54,508 bases of DNA from an uncultured virus (IMG/VR IMGVR_UViG_3300046167_000912) (IMGVR_UViG_3300046167_000912), one strand, 5' to 3'. Numbered from the stretch's first letter, positions 30,132 to 39,946 are shown. The notes: generated from the sequence alone by a model not told the origin. Made by a program: numbers and translations.

Positions 30132-33100
30132 TTAGCACCTCCCCTTATTCTCTTGTTGAGATTCTCCATCTCTCTCATCACAATGCGACCTACGGCTTCG
30201 GGATCTCCAGCACCGTTAACATTAATCGTGGCGTTTATAGTGCCTCCCCCTAGCTGACTCACAGCCCCTCCAGGCTTCATGGCTAAGATGTCATCCTTCT
30301 GGTCAAATCGGTACATCTTCCCATTTGTGAAGAGGCCATCGTTAATATTCTCTACCTTGATCCCTAGCTCTCGGAGAATCTGTTTTTCATAACCATACCC
30401 CAGCAGTTGCTCAGAAGTGAGACCTTTCTGATTTATCTTCTCGGCGATAGTACTCGCACCTGCATCAGCTCCATAGTTTACACCTAGTGCAGTAGCGAGA
30501 GAACTGAGCTTGTCTTTCTTCTCTGCATTTACGATCTCTTCAGCGAGGTGGGTGTTGTTTTTCTCTTTAGCTCTCTTGACGGTGGAGTCTTGAGCCTTTG
30601 CCTTTTCTTGTTCCACTGCCTCTTTCTTTTGCTTCTGAGAGTCAACGGAATATTCTAAGGCTTTAATTTGCCTATCAAGCTTTTTAGTTTGCTCGTCGAG
30701 GGATTTAAAAACGGCGGATTTATCCCCTCGAGTCGATTCGGAATCCTCACCACTCTCGAAATATTGGCGGGCTTCACTAGGACTATCCCCTTTTTTATAT
30801 ATCCTTGCCCCTGAGACGTTATACCCTTCTTGTTTAAAGTAGTCCATCTCTACTCGGCCTTTTGAAGCTTTCAGGGCATCGGGCAAACTCTCGTGAGAAG
30901 TACCATAGTTGGTGTTAAAACCTTTAAGTAATCTTTCAGACTCAGTGGCGTGTTTATCGTATGCCGTCCCCTTGAGAGCACCTCTACTTTGCAGGTCTTC
31001 TGTTGTTGTTCTAAGTGCCGACTTCCTGATTTCTTCCTTTGACACTGTTTGAGTCATACCTAAAAAAGTGGGGGTGTGAGTGCTTTTATTCACATTGTTT
31101 AATGAAGTCTTCAGTGCTACTTTCAGATCTTCTTGTTCCTTAATATCTTTCTCTAAAGTAGAAATCTGAGTCTTAATCTTTTTCTTCTCTTTCGGACTAG
31201 CCACTTTAAGAGACATCTGAGCCTTAAGGAGTTCGGATCTCTTCCCCCCAAGCAAGTCGCGGCTCTTACCTAGTTTACTTTCTAAGTCTCTCCGAACTAC
31301 TGCCTTGTTTGCTTTTGTCTCCTCGGTCTCACTCCTCCCGAAGAAATAGTTGACCATGTCCATGATACCGCCAGAGATATCCATCAAGATCTCACCCAGA
31401 TACTTGTTGATGCGATCTGCAAGGCTGACCGTGGCAACTACATTCTGAGACAAAAGCTGTTCCTGTGAGAGAGCACTATCCTTCGTTTTGTCTATCGACT
31501 CACTCTGGGCAAGTATGAAGGCCGCTATATCCTTGACCTCAATGTCTGTATCCTTCGTTAGAAGTTTCCCCCCCTTGGCCTTTAATCCCATAGCTGAAAG
31601 CTTCTGCTCTTCTTCCTTGGTCAAGGATCCTTTAGCCGCCATATCTTGTGAGGCTCGAAACTGACCCTTAAAGGTATCTTGCATACGACCAAATTGCTCT
31701 ACTTGGGCTTTAGTGAGATCCGTGAACGACATCATAGCTTTCTTTTGAATGTCACTCATATCACTTACGTCTCTGCCTCCTAAGTGAGTCTCCAATCTAG
31801 CATACTGCATCGCAAGGCCTGCTCCTGCACCCATCGAGTCAAACGCCCGCGAGCGATCCGTCCTCGACGCACCCTTCGAAGACCCGCGAACTACATCAAA
31901 AGACTTTGCAAGTTCTCTCCCAAGACCCGCAGTATCTTCGGACAGAGCCAACTCACCAAGCAACGCCTGGCGATTTTCTGTACTCATTTTCTGCATAGAA
32001 GCGACCAGAGCTTTATTGTCCCCTGTATCGAGACCTGCTTTCGCTAGTATCCCCATGCCCTTCTCACTAGCACCAAAAGTAGATCGTATATTGGAGGCTG
32101 ACCTCTGTGCCTCTGCTTCGAGAATATCCTTTGTCTTCCCCTTATCCGTGAGCATCTGTCTTTTGATTTGATCAAGGTAATCTTCATCCTTGAGAGAAGC
32201 AGTCCCTGAAAGAAGACCAGAGACACCATCAGGGCCTACAATTCTACCGAGGCGAATAAAGAGTGATCCCGCTTCCTTAGTTCTTAGGTTCATATTGTCC
32301 AACTGATCAGTCAGACCCTTTACCTTCGTATAGAAGTTAGCTGTAGAGTAGCCTGTCTGAACTGCCATGTCTCTGATGTCCCCGAAGTCGGAAACCATTG
32401 ATTTTAAGAAAGCACCGTCTTTCACAGAGACACCTATCTCATAAGCAAAGCTCTCTGCTCGAGATACTGCATCATCCATAGAGATGCCTAGCCGAAGACT
32501 CTCTGTTTTAATATCTTTCATTGCTTTCCGAGTGAGTTCAAGACCGCTATTCCCTCCACCCAAAGCTCTCATCCCTAAGTTTGCGTCATTTAACGACCCC
32601 CCAAGTGACACCAAATCATCGCTTGTCATCCCCAGCTCGTCAAGAAAGCTACCATCCGTGAACAGGCTTCTGAGAGTCTTGAACTTGTCTTGTACTTCTT
32701 CTCCAGACACCGCCATCAAGTCTGTGTAGGAGACAGAGGTGAGTATCGACTTATTCATGTCTTTGACCGCACCCTCAGCCATTGAGAACAGACTAACAAG
32801 AATGGTGACACTACCACCTACTACAGCGAGAGTCTTTGCGAGACCTCCCAGAGACTTCGCCATCTGCATAAAGCCCGAAGCTTTTCCAGGATCTTCCTCT
32901 GACCTAGCCTTCTCATCGAAAGATGCCGCCCTCTTGTGGAAGAACTTAGTAAGCTTGCCTGTGACCCCCTCAGTTAGACCCTCAAGACTAGAGACACCTT
33001 CCTTAAGAGCATCTGCACTACTCTTGATGCTACCTAACATAACCTCCTGAGCAATATAGCCTGCCTTCCCTAACTCTTCTACCTTCTCTCTCCTAGTCGT

Positions 33101-33523
33101 CAAGTCTTGAGTGAAGATCTTATTCGATGTCTCAAGAGCCTTGTTGTAAGACTCTATCTCTTTTGCAGACTCTCTTGACCTCTTCATGATATCAGAAACT
33201 ACAGAGCTGAGACGTGAAGCCTCCGCTTGGGCTATCTTCATCTCTGCTTCATTACCTGTCCGCAGAGCTTTCTGTACCTTCGCCTGAGCTTTTAACAGTC
33301 CTTTTGTAGACAGAGACAACTGCCGTTCAAGACCAGAGGCAAATCCCGCAAGCATCTTCTGCTGTGCGGCGTTGTTTCGACCTGTGGCCTTCTCCTCATC
33401 TTTACGGATCTTTTTAGAGACTTCAAGAGCCTCCTGCATAGAGTCTAGAGAGGTTTTGAAGACATCAATTCTTGCACTCTTCGCGAGTTGTGCAAACATC
33501 TTGTCCATAGCGGCTTGATTCAT
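30128..33523 (-). CDS. Tail tape measure protein
   Basis: 1131 aa A/K/S/L/M-rich helical protein after two chaperones; C-terminal INATINVNG..DPEAV....REM typical of TMP ends. Confidence 0.8.
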   Translation of the reverse strand: MNQAAMDKMFAQLAKSARIDVFKTSLDSMQEALEVSKKIRKDEEKATGRNNAAQQKMLAGFASGLERQLSLSTKGLLKAQAKVQKALRTGNEAEMKIAQAEASRLSSVVSDIMKRSRESAKEIESYNKALETSNKIFTQDLTTRREKVEELGKAGYIAQEVMLGSIKSSADALKEGVSSLEGLTEGVTGKLTKFFHKRAASFDEKARSEEDPGKASGFMQMAKSLGGLAKTLAVVGGSVTILVSLFSMAEGAVKDMNKSILTSVSYTDLMAVSGEEVQDKFKTLRSLFTDGSFLDELGMTSDDLVSLGGSLNDANLGMRALGGGNSGLELTRKAMKDIKTESLRLGISMDDAVSRAESFAYEIGVSVKDGAFLKSMVSDFGDIRDMAVQTGYSTANFYTKVKGLTDQLDNMNLRTKEAGSLFIRLGRIVGPDGVSGLLSGTASLKDEDYLDQIKRQMLTDKGKTKDILEAEAQRSASNIRSTFGASEKGMGILAKAGLDTGDNKALVASMQKMSTENRQALLGELALSEDTAGLGRELAKSFDVVRGSSKGASRTDRSRAFDSMGAGAGLAMQYARLETHLGGRDVSDMSDIQKKAMMSFTDLTKAQVEQFGRMQDTFKGQFRASQDMAAKGSLTKEEEQKLSAMGLKAKGGKLLTKDTDIEVKDIAAFILAQSESIDKTKDSALSQEQLLSQNVVATVSLADRINKYLGEILMDISGGIMDMVNYFFGRSETEETKANKAVVRRDLESKLGKSRDLLGGKRSELLKAQMSLKVASPKEKKKIKTQISTLEKDIKEQEDLKVALKTSLNNVNKSTHTPTFLGMTQTVSKEEIRKSALRTTTEDLQSRGALKGTAYDKHATESERLLKGFNTNYGTSHESLPDALKASKGRVEMDYFKQEGYNVSGARIYKKGDSPSEARQYFESGEDSESTRGDKSAVFKSLDEQTKKLDRQIKALEYSVDSQKQKKEAVEQEKAKAQDSTVKRAKEKNNTHLAEEIVNAEKKDKLSSLATALGVNYGADAGASTIAEKINQKGLTSEQLLGYGYEKQILRELGIKVENINDGLFTNGKMYRFDQKDDILAMKPGGAVSQLGGGTINATINVNGAGDPEAVGRIVMREMENLNKRIRGGAK

Positions 33524-33527
33524 TTTA

Positions 33528-34580
33528 CTACCCCTCTATTGTTGGCAACTTCCTTTTCGCCACCTGATCCATTAAAGACGATTTGTCTCGAATAAGCTCG
33601 CGAGCTGTCAGGTACTTATTCGAGATGATCTCGTCATAGTCCCCACTCTCGTCGAACGTAACTGTGTTACGGTTGCCTGAAGCAACCATCTTCTCGATCT
33701 CATCATCTGAATAGGCTTTCAAAGGCGTATTCATAGATAAACTATTTAGCTCATCAAAGCTCGAAGCCATGTCTTCAGAATCACTCTTCTGCCTAGAGAC
33801 AACCTTCCGCCCGTTTGAGATAAACCTAGTAAGGTTTTCTTTATACTCTCGGACAATCTTGTCATGCCCATCTTCAACCCCATCTACCCAATTCCGATAC
33901 TCAGTTTGAAGATCCTGAATCGTTTTCTCTCCACTTTGGTCTCTAGTCGAAGTCTCCCCCTTCTCTGCGAGCTTTAAAACCTTCTCTCTATGCCTCTTCT
34001 CTTGCCCACGCTTCTTATCCCATTCCTTCTGGATCTTCTCGACACCTTTAGGATTCATAGCGGATGCTTGGAAAAAAGCCCTTCTCCAAGCATCTTCTAA
34101 GTCTTCTTTCTTGTCTTCGAGTTCATTGAAAGCGATCCACTGTAAGTGTATGTCCGTAAGCTCATTACCCTCCAGAGGGAAGCCAAACTTAGAAGAGGAC
34201 TTCCACTTGCCCCAGAGGTATCTAGAATTCTCGGAGTAGCAAAAAGCCTCAAACATCTCAGCCGACTTCTGAGTCTCCTCTACAACCTTCCAGAAATGGG
34301 GCATCGCCCTCTTCTTGAGTCGGGGGAGTGACTTTAGGTGGTTGTAGAGCTTATACCTGTCTTTTTCAGAGACCTTGAAGCCGCCTACCCGTGTAAGACA
34401 ACAGGCGAGAAGAAATGTCTCTTGCTCTGAGAGAGACGCACTATATCTCAAGCACCCTTGATAGTCAGAGGCGGTAGGTGTCCTAAAAGACAAGGCTCTG
34501 CCTCTACAGGTTAAAACAAGCCCCTCCCCCCCAGAGCTTATGAACCTATAGAGGGGCTCATAGTACTTCGGTTGGCTCAT
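33528..34580 (-). CDS. Tail assembly chaperone-like protein (second)
   Basis: Between the first chaperone and TMP; FRTPT...LACCLTRVGG resembles LRPLT...LSRAIVQIG of the first. Confidence 0.55.
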   Translation of the reverse strand: MSQPKYYEPLYRFISSGGEGLVLTCRGRALSFRTPTASDYQGCLRYSASLSEQETFLLACCLTRVGGFKVSEKDRYKLYNHLKSLPRLKKRAMPHFWKVVEETQKSAEMFEAFCYSENSRYLWGKWKSSSKFGFPLEGNELTDIHLQWIAFNELEDKKEDLEDAWRRAFFQASAMNPKGVEKIQKEWDKKRGQEKRHREKVLKLAEKGETSTRDQSGEKTIQDLQTEYRNWVDGVEDGHDKIVREYKENLTRFISNGRKVVSRQKSDSEDMASSFDELNSLSMNTPLKAYSDDEIEKMVASGNRNTVTFDESGDYDEIISNKYLTARELIRDKSSLMDQVAKRKLPTIEG

Positions 34581-35115
34581 TAGAAGTATTCTCAGAGACT
34601 GAAGCCAGAGTATCAGCTTGCTTTATCTGCTCAGACCTCTCCTTGAGGTTCTCAGAGATCGCATCGGTGTCCTCTGTATTCAGTTTGAGACTACTGTCCA
34701 TCTCAGCTTCGATCTCTTCATTCAAGAAAGTGAACTCCTCGAAGACCTTTGAGAGTACAGGCCTACTCCACTCAGATAAGATCTTAAGGATCGCTTCTCC
34801 TTTTGTGATCTTTTGCTCAACACCAGAAGGCAAGGTCTGACCTGTGGAGACGGTCTTAACACTGCGAAGATCCATAGACCCTATTTGTACGATAGCTCTC
34901 GACAAGGTTTCCTTACGAAATACGTCGGCGAACTCTACCGCAGCGTAGGCTTCGTTGTTGATGTCGGGTAACATCTTTTGGACTTCTGTTTCTTCGATGG
35001 GTGTCAGTGGCCTTAGAGTAACTGACACACCACCTAAGTTTACCATCTTCTCTTTTTTGCACATGGCAGTAAGAGGGGATAAAAGTTCTTCTAGCTCTGA
35101 GAAATCAATCTGCAT
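34558..35115 (-). CDS. Tail assembly chaperone
   Basis: 185 aa acidic protein directly after the tube gene; VTLRPLTP.EE...ETLSRAIVQIG...LSEW...LSKVFEEF. Confidence 0.65.
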   Translation of the reverse strand: MQIDFSELEELLSPLTAMCKKEKMVNLGGVSVTLRPLTPIEETEVQKMLPDINNEAYAAVEFADVFRKETLSRAIVQIGSMDLRSVKTVSTGQTLPSGVEQKITKGEAILKILSEWSRPVLSKVFEEFTFLNEEIEAEMDSSLKLNTEDTDAISENLKERSEQIKQADTLASVSENTSNEPTEVL

Positions 35116-35136
35116 TTCATATTCTCCTGTATTATA

Positions 35137-35152
35137 AAGGGACGGCTCCCTT
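35137..35152 (-). terminator. Short hairpin downstream of the tail tube gene (possible attenuating terminator)
   Basis: AAGGGA-(4 nt)-TCCCTT stem with AT-rich flanks in the tube/chaperone spacer. Confidence 0.35.
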
Positions 35153-35171
35153 ATTATACTAAGGAAGAGAC

Positions 35172-36005
35172 TTAAAGAACTATAACCTCTTGTTCATCTC
35201 CCTCACCAGCTTCAACAAGACCTCCAAAGTTGCGGTCTGCACTAACGTCTAGATTATTTCCGACTCCCTCATAGATGATCGAAGAACCTTGACCGATTGT
35301 AGGGTCATTACCTGTGGCCATGAACTCACCATAGGTGCTGTAGAGATCATGCACGTCTGTCGCAGATGCTTGGATTGACTGAGTGATGATCCCACCTTCT
35401 GCGGCGAAAGTACCATTTCCGATGCTTGTAATCCAGCACGCCTCATAGTAAGTGATGAGTGCTTTATGCAGTGCTTCTGACGCCCCATCCTCATTTTTAT
35501 ATGCATCAGAGCCTGATGCATTCTGTGCTGTAAAGTCAATATCTACAAGGCCACCAACTTCAGTTGCGTCAGGAGCTTCCTTATCAGCGATAGTAGAGAA
35601 TACAATTTGTTGCTCTACGTCGAAAGGCCAACGGTGTTGCTGTAAGCTTCGAACCGCACCGTCAACACCACCCGCGTAACCAAATGCCTGATGACCATTG
35701 CTAAGATAGAGCATAGCTCTCTCAGCAGTAAAGGTCGCCACCTCTGTGACTGTTGGAACGAGCTCTGCGATTTGGTCGCCAAAGCCGACACCTCTGATCT
35801 CGTTAACACCTCTGCTTGAGTCGCTAGGGTCAAAGCTATTCACGACGCCAATCTGATAAAGAAGGCCTTCCTCACTGCCGTAGGCTGGAGTTAAGATTCT
35901 CGTCTTCTGTGATACTACAGCTCTTGTGTTTGGGCTGGAGTTGAACTTATACAGAGAAGAAGTTCCCTGTACGCCGCCTTGTGCATTTCGATCTAAGTTA
36001 GCCAT
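35172..36005 (-). CDS. Tail tube protein
   Basis: IGVVNSF...SRGVNEIRGVG...ELVP...ERAMLY...SLQQHRWPFDV...TYYEACWITS pattern of large-myovirus tube proteins; AGGAGG RBS; heads the chaperone-TMP operon. Confidence 0.8.
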   Translation of the reverse strand: MANLDRNAQGGVQGTSSLYKFNSSPNTRAVVSQKTRILTPAYGSEEGLLYQIGVVNSFDPSDSSRGVNEIRGVGFGDQIAELVPTVTEVATFTAERAMLYLSNGHQAFGYAGGVDGAVRSLQQHRWPFDVEQQIVFSTIADKEAPDATEVGGLVDIDFTAQNASGSDAYKNEDGASEALHKALITYYEACWITSIGNGTFAAEGGIITQSIQASATDVHDLYSTYGEFMATGNDPTIGQGSSIIYEGVGNNLDVSADRNFGGLVEAGEGDEQEVIVL

Positions 36006-36029
36006 GCTTTCCTCCTATAGGGGTTCTTG

Positions 36030-36041
36030 TAATTCTTTTAT
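36030..36041 (+). promoter_or_regulatory. Putative late promoter motif (TAATTCTTTTAT)
   Basis: Shared motif, 39 nt upstream of ATG 36081. Confidence 0.5.
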
Positions 36042-36049
36042 GGCGGTCT

Positions 36050-36061
36050 ATAAAGAAACTA
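36050..36061 (-). promoter_or_regulatory. Putative late promoter motif (TAGTTTCTTTAT) for the tail operon
   Basis: Shared motif, 44 nt upstream of the tube gene start. Confidence 0.6.
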
Positions 36062-36080
36062 TTAGAGGAGACATGACATC

Positions 36081-36788
36081 ATGGACTATTATGACATCTA
36101 CGGACTCAAGAAAGCAAAGAAGAAGCCAAAGAAGAAGAAGCGTAAGAAAGACCCTAAGTATGTACAAGAAAAGTACAAAGAGGTCTTGAAAGGCCAGAAG
36201 AGCAAAGACGAAGGCAAAGCCAAAGCTGTTGCGTGGTCAATCTACTGCAAATACAAAAACCCAAACTCCCCTCGTTGCCACAAGAGTCCTGACGAGTATT
36301 TTCAAAACAGAAAAGCCTATGCTGGCCGAAGAGAGATGAGAGGCCTCGCTAGAAAAGTTGGCGAGGAGCTAGGTAAATTAATCGGTAAAGGCATACTTTG
36401 CGTGTACGACATCGTTGAGGGGCAGGCATCCTCTGAATATGTATCTGATCTCGCGATCTATATGTGGGCTCGAGGTGAGGTTCCCCCGTACTTGTTAAAG
36501 TACGGAAAAGAGGCGATCATACTAGGAGAAATTTCAAACCGAATACATAGGGAAAGCAAGCCCCATAAAACCCCTACCAAAGAAGAGAGGGTAGAGGCGA
36601 TCTCACTCCTAGCTAGATCTTTCGAGAAGATATATATGGTCTGGTCAATCAAGGCTTGGTCACGCATGAAAAGTTTAATAGGAAATGCTGATATCACAAG
36701 CCTAAAATTAGAGCTTCTCTCCTATGACAACCGCATTAAACTCTCCTATGAATATGAAAAGCTATTATCTGTGATGTTCTTGGAGTAA
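36081..36788 (+). CDS. Highly basic protein with a ChaB-like N-terminal motif; probable DNA-binding/internal virion protein
   Basis: KKAKKKPKKKKRKK tract; EGKAKAVAWSIY resembles the ChaB A-x-x-x-AW helix. Confidence 0.5.
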   Translation: MDYYDIYGLKKAKKKPKKKKRKKDPKYVQEKYKEVLKGQKSKDEGKAKAVAWSIYCKYKNPNSPRCHKSPDEYFQNRKAYAGRREMRGLARKVGEELGKLIGKGILCVYDIVEGQASSEYVSDLAIYMWARGEVPPYLLKYGKEAIILGEISNRIHRESKPHKTPTKEERVEAISLLARSFEKIYMVWSIKAWSRMKSLIGNADITSLKLELLSYDNRIKLSYEYEKLLSVMFLE

Positions 36789-36826
36789 TCGTATAATAAG
36801 GTCAACTTCAAGAAAGGAAGCCTATT

Positions 36827-38431
36827 ATGATTGAAGACGAAAAGATAAAGAAAACAGTCGAGAAGCTCAGGATTATCAGAGCCAAAGAAGACCTCAACCC
36901 TCCACCTTGCCCTATCCTCAACAGCCATTTACCGACAGGGGCAGAACTGAAGTTGAGGCAATATCAAGTACAAGGTATCCTCCACCTGCTGGCTATGCCT
37001 AGATTTGTTCTTGGCGATGACACGGGTCTAGGTAAGACCTTACAGACGATTGCGGCTCTCTCTTATGTCTGGCAGAAAAACCCGAACATCCCCGCTATCA
37101 TCTGCACCACCAAGAGTGCCGTGGGGCAGTGGGATTCCGAGTTTGACAAATTCACCACAGGTGTGTCCGTATTTAAATGCTTAGGCACTAAAAAGAAGAG
37201 AGAGAAGATCCACAAAGAGTTTCAACTCTGTGAAGGACCTAAAGCTCTGATTATGGGCTACCGCACGGCGGTTATGGACTTTCAGCTCTTACAGCACATG
37301 GTAGGTCATGTAATGGTATTTGACGAAGCCACAAACTTCAAGAACGAGAGATCTCAGGTTCATCAGGTATGTAAGCATCTCTCAGGCTCTGCCGAGAAGG
37401 TTTGGTCTCTCTCTGCAACCATTATTAAAAACAGGCTGATGGAAGCATGGGCGATCTACCAAGTTACAGTGCCAGGTCTTTTCTCTAACAAGACCCTCTT
37501 CATGAGAGAGTACTGCATTACCAGAGATCAAGCGATCAAAGGATCTAGGAGAAAGATACAGATCGTAGTTGGACACCGTAAGAGAGACATCAAGGCATTT
37601 CGGGAAGTGATTGACCCATTCTTCTTGGGTCGCCCTAAGCATGAAGTCGCTAAAGAGTTACCTCTTCTTACAACTAAAATCATCGAGTGTGAACTTAACA
37701 AAGTGCAGAAGAGCAAATACAAGGAAGCACTAGAGGGTCTCTTGGAAGTTGTAGACAAGGATACAGGTGAGGTAACTGAGAAAGAAGTCTCTAAGCTCAC
37801 AGCAGTTACGATCTGCCAACAGATTGTTAACCACCCTGTTCTCGTAGGCTGTGACGGAGACTCAAGTAAGCTCGAATCTCTTTTAGATCTCCTCACTAAC
37901 GAGTTAGAAGGCGAGAAAGTTATTGTCTTCAGTCGGCTCAGGCAGATGGTAGATATCATGGAAGCTGAGATAGAAGCCAAAGGGATCAAGACCTGCCGTA
38001 TTACAGGTGCAGAGAATGGAGACCAAAGACTTGCAAGCCAGAAGGCATTCCAAAACCCTGATGACGAGACTAAAGTGTGCCTGATAACAATGGCGGCGGC
38101 TGAAGGTATAAACCTCCAGCTCGCTAAAGCTGTGATTTTCTACGATACCCCTTGGAGTGCGGGGGATTACTTACAAATCATCGGCAGGATGATCCGCATA
38201 GGTTCTATTCACGACAAGGTATTCAGCTACCACGTATGTGCAAAGAAAACCATCGACGAGAAGGTGATGAAGACCCTGAAGGCTAAGATGGGCTTGATTG
38301 AAGCTGTACTCGGAAAGCGATTAAAGGAAGAAGGAGAGTCTGATGAGGTACTTGAAGTAGGTCAATCAGAGCTTTCAGATATCTTTGATGGCTTGCTTGA
38401 AGATGCTAACGAGATCATAAAGGCGAAGTAG
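36827..38431 (+). CDS. SNF2-family (SF2) helicase/ATPase
   Basis: LRQYQ Q-motif, GDDTGLGKT (I), FDEAT (II), SAT (III), KVIVFS (IV), EGINLQ (V), QIIGRMIRIG (VI). Confidence 0.92.
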   Translation: MIEDEKIKKTVEKLRIIRAKEDLNPPPCPILNSHLPTGAELKLRQYQVQGILHLLAMPRFVLGDDTGLGKTLQTIAALSYVWQKNPNIPAIICTTKSAVGQWDSEFDKFTTGVSVFKCLGTKKKREKIHKEFQLCEGPKALIMGYRTAVMDFQLLQHMVGHVMVFDEATNFKNERSQVHQVCKHLSGSAEKVWSLSATIIKNRLMEAWAIYQVTVPGLFSNKTLFMREYCITRDQAIKGSRRKIQIVVGHRKRDIKAFREVIDPFFLGRPKHEVAKELPLLTTKIIECELNKVQKSKYKEALEGLLEVVDKDTGEVTEKEVSKLTAVTICQQIVNHPVLVGCDGDSSKLESLLDLLTNELEGEKVIVFSRLRQMVDIMEAEIEAKGIKTCRITGAENGDQRLASQKAFQNPDDETKVCLITMAAAEGINLQLAKAVIFYDTPWSAGDYLQIIGRMIRIGSIHDKVFSYHVCAKKTIDEKVMKTLKAKMGLIEAVLGKRLKEEGESDEVLEVGQSELSDIFDGLLEDANEIIKAK

Positions 38432-38519
38432 GAAACTAAAGGAGTATCTTTTTCGAGTCAGATCTCACCCCTATTTTATAACCTGCTAGAGAATAGCTCT
38501 TAAAACGCAGGTGTGGGAT

Positions 38520-39033
38520 ATGACAAAACCCATATCCGAGAGGGGCGTTGTTAAACACTCTGTCTTAGAAGAGGCTTCAGAATGGCGTAAGAACGAAGAT
38601 CCTTACTCCCCCCATGCATTGGTTCTCTAGGCGACCCTTTTCTTCCTAGAAGACCTTCTGGACATTGGGTAGAGCCTGTTGTCCGAGGAGCGAGAAAGAG
38701 CATCGCGGATCTCAACACTTGGGAAGTTATGAGACTAGACCGCGTTGCCCTCAACTATCGGATCGCTGAACTGCGGACACAAAAAAACCTCGACTTCGAC
38801 CAAGTACTCCTTTGGAAGTGTCCTCATACAGAGTAATCTTACTCACTTGAGGACACTAGGAAAACATTGATGTCGTCGAGGCTCTATGCCAAAAAAGAAG
38901 GGTAGAGTTTGAAGGAAAACTCATTCGAGTTGACCCTCATCCTCTACCCTATATCTCGAAGGAAGAGTACATGACTTTCCTTGAGGGCCACCTTGCTCAA
39001 GACGAGCTGAGCTTAATCAAAAAGAAGCTCTAA
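38520..39033 (+). pseudogene. Probable disrupted gene of unknown function (two frameshifts, one in-frame stop)
   Basis: A 600 nt gap filled by three consecutive protein-like frames: MTKPISERG...NEDP / LPPCIG...KCPHTE* / ENIDVVEAL...IKKKL*; AGGTG RBS-like site before ATG 38520. Confidence 0.4.
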
Positions 39034-39236
39034 CGCTCTTCTCTCCAAGGTGGCAAGAAGTGGAAGTTGAGATCCCCTTGCTTCACTGCTTCTGCTTCCG
39101 CCTTACGGCACTCAGCATAGTCAGGGCGAAGGGCCTCTTCGACCCTGCAATCTTTGCAGATTAGCTGGTTATTGTACCAGCTATAATAAGAGATGTTGTT
39201 CAGCGGTGCATTGCACCTATCACAAGTGTTGCTCAT
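39030..39236 (-). CDS. Small zinc-finger protein
   Basis: CDRC...ICKDC...RPDY..C..AE..AVK.G..NF; coupled to the upstream gene. Confidence 0.7.
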   Translation of the reverse strand: MSNTCDRCNAPLNNISYYSWYNNQLICKDCRVEEALRPDYAECRKAEAEAVKQGDLNFHFLPPWREER

Positions 39237-39511
39237 AGGTACTGCCCTTCATTCCTCAGTGCGATGATGTGGTCAAGTGCCTCAACGGTGCCACATCGCC
39301 TCGCCGCCTGATCCTCTAAATTCTTTAGTATCGGTCGAAACTCTCGGTTTGGAAGAGTTACGTGGGTGTACGCGTTACAGCCACCACGCCCATCGTTCTC
39401 AACGATGATTACAGGCTGACCATTCAGGTCGAGAGTTGCGGAGAAAGCAACGCCTCTGCGTGTGCGGATTTCAGTAAGGTTCTTGAGTCGGAGCTTATTG
39501 AGCTTAATCAT
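39233..39511 (-). CDS. Hypothetical phage protein
   Basis: 92 aa, AFSATL...VENDGRGG; ATGA overlaps on both sides. Confidence 0.7.
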   Translation of the reverse strand: MIKLNKLRLKNLTEIRTRRGVAFSATLDLNGQPVIIVENDGRGGCNAYTHVTLPNREFRPILKNLEDQAARRCGTVEALDHIIALRNEGQYL

Positions 39512-39870
39512 TTCGCATCCCCCTTCACATCAAAGTAGAACTTCACACAGCTTCCACTAAGCCCGCCAGAGATAACATCTCCTGCCTTTGCGTACTTCCA
39601 TTCTGATTTCTCATTGTCGATATAAAGAATCTCCCAACGAGCCCGATACCCATCAGAGTTAGTCTCGTTGAGTACTTTACCCGTGCTGACCGTGTGAGAA
39701 ATCAGCGTTGGACCACTGTAGCACTTCATCTCAGCCCGAGAGCCGTATTGACGATAGCTGTCCCATTCGGCGTCGGTACAACCCTGACCACCAAAAACAC
39801 AGATGGCGACCACAGCCAAAATCTGGGCGGTTAACCAAGCCCCAACAAAGTCTGAAAATTTAGCATTCAT
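39508..39870 (-). CDS. Secreted/lipoprotein-like hypothetical protein
   Basis: Hydrophobic N-terminus then GCTDA...CYSG...STGKV...SDGY; AAGGA RBS. Confidence 0.65.
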   Translation of the reverse strand: MNAKFSDFVGAWLTAQILAVVAICVFGGQGCTDAEWDSYRQYGSRAEMKCYSGPTLISHTVSTGKVLNETNSDGYRARWEILYIDNEKSEWKYAKAGDVISGGLSGSCVKFYFDVKGDAK

Positions 39871-39892
39871 TTTTTTAACAATCCTTTTTCGT

Positions 39893-39920
39893 AATATAAG
39901 TAAGTGTTATTACTTATCAA
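39893..39920 (-). promoter_or_regulatory. Sigma70-like promoter overlapped by an 8-bp inverted repeat
   Basis: Minus strand TTGATA-16 nt-TATATT; ATAAGTAA-N6-TTACTTAT at 39896-39917. Confidence 0.45.
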
Positions 39921-39946
39921 ATGGGAGGACGGTCGCCCCTTTTTTT

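Noticed and set aside
33528..35115. Programmed frameshift between the tail chaperones
   Set aside because: The second gene has its own ATG in a 23-nt overlap, and I saw no XXXYYYZ slippery site there
22152..36005. Bacterial extracellular contractile injection system or tailocin
   Set aside because: Embedded with a phage polymerase, SNF2 and small phage-type genes; no Afp15-like AAA ATPase or host context
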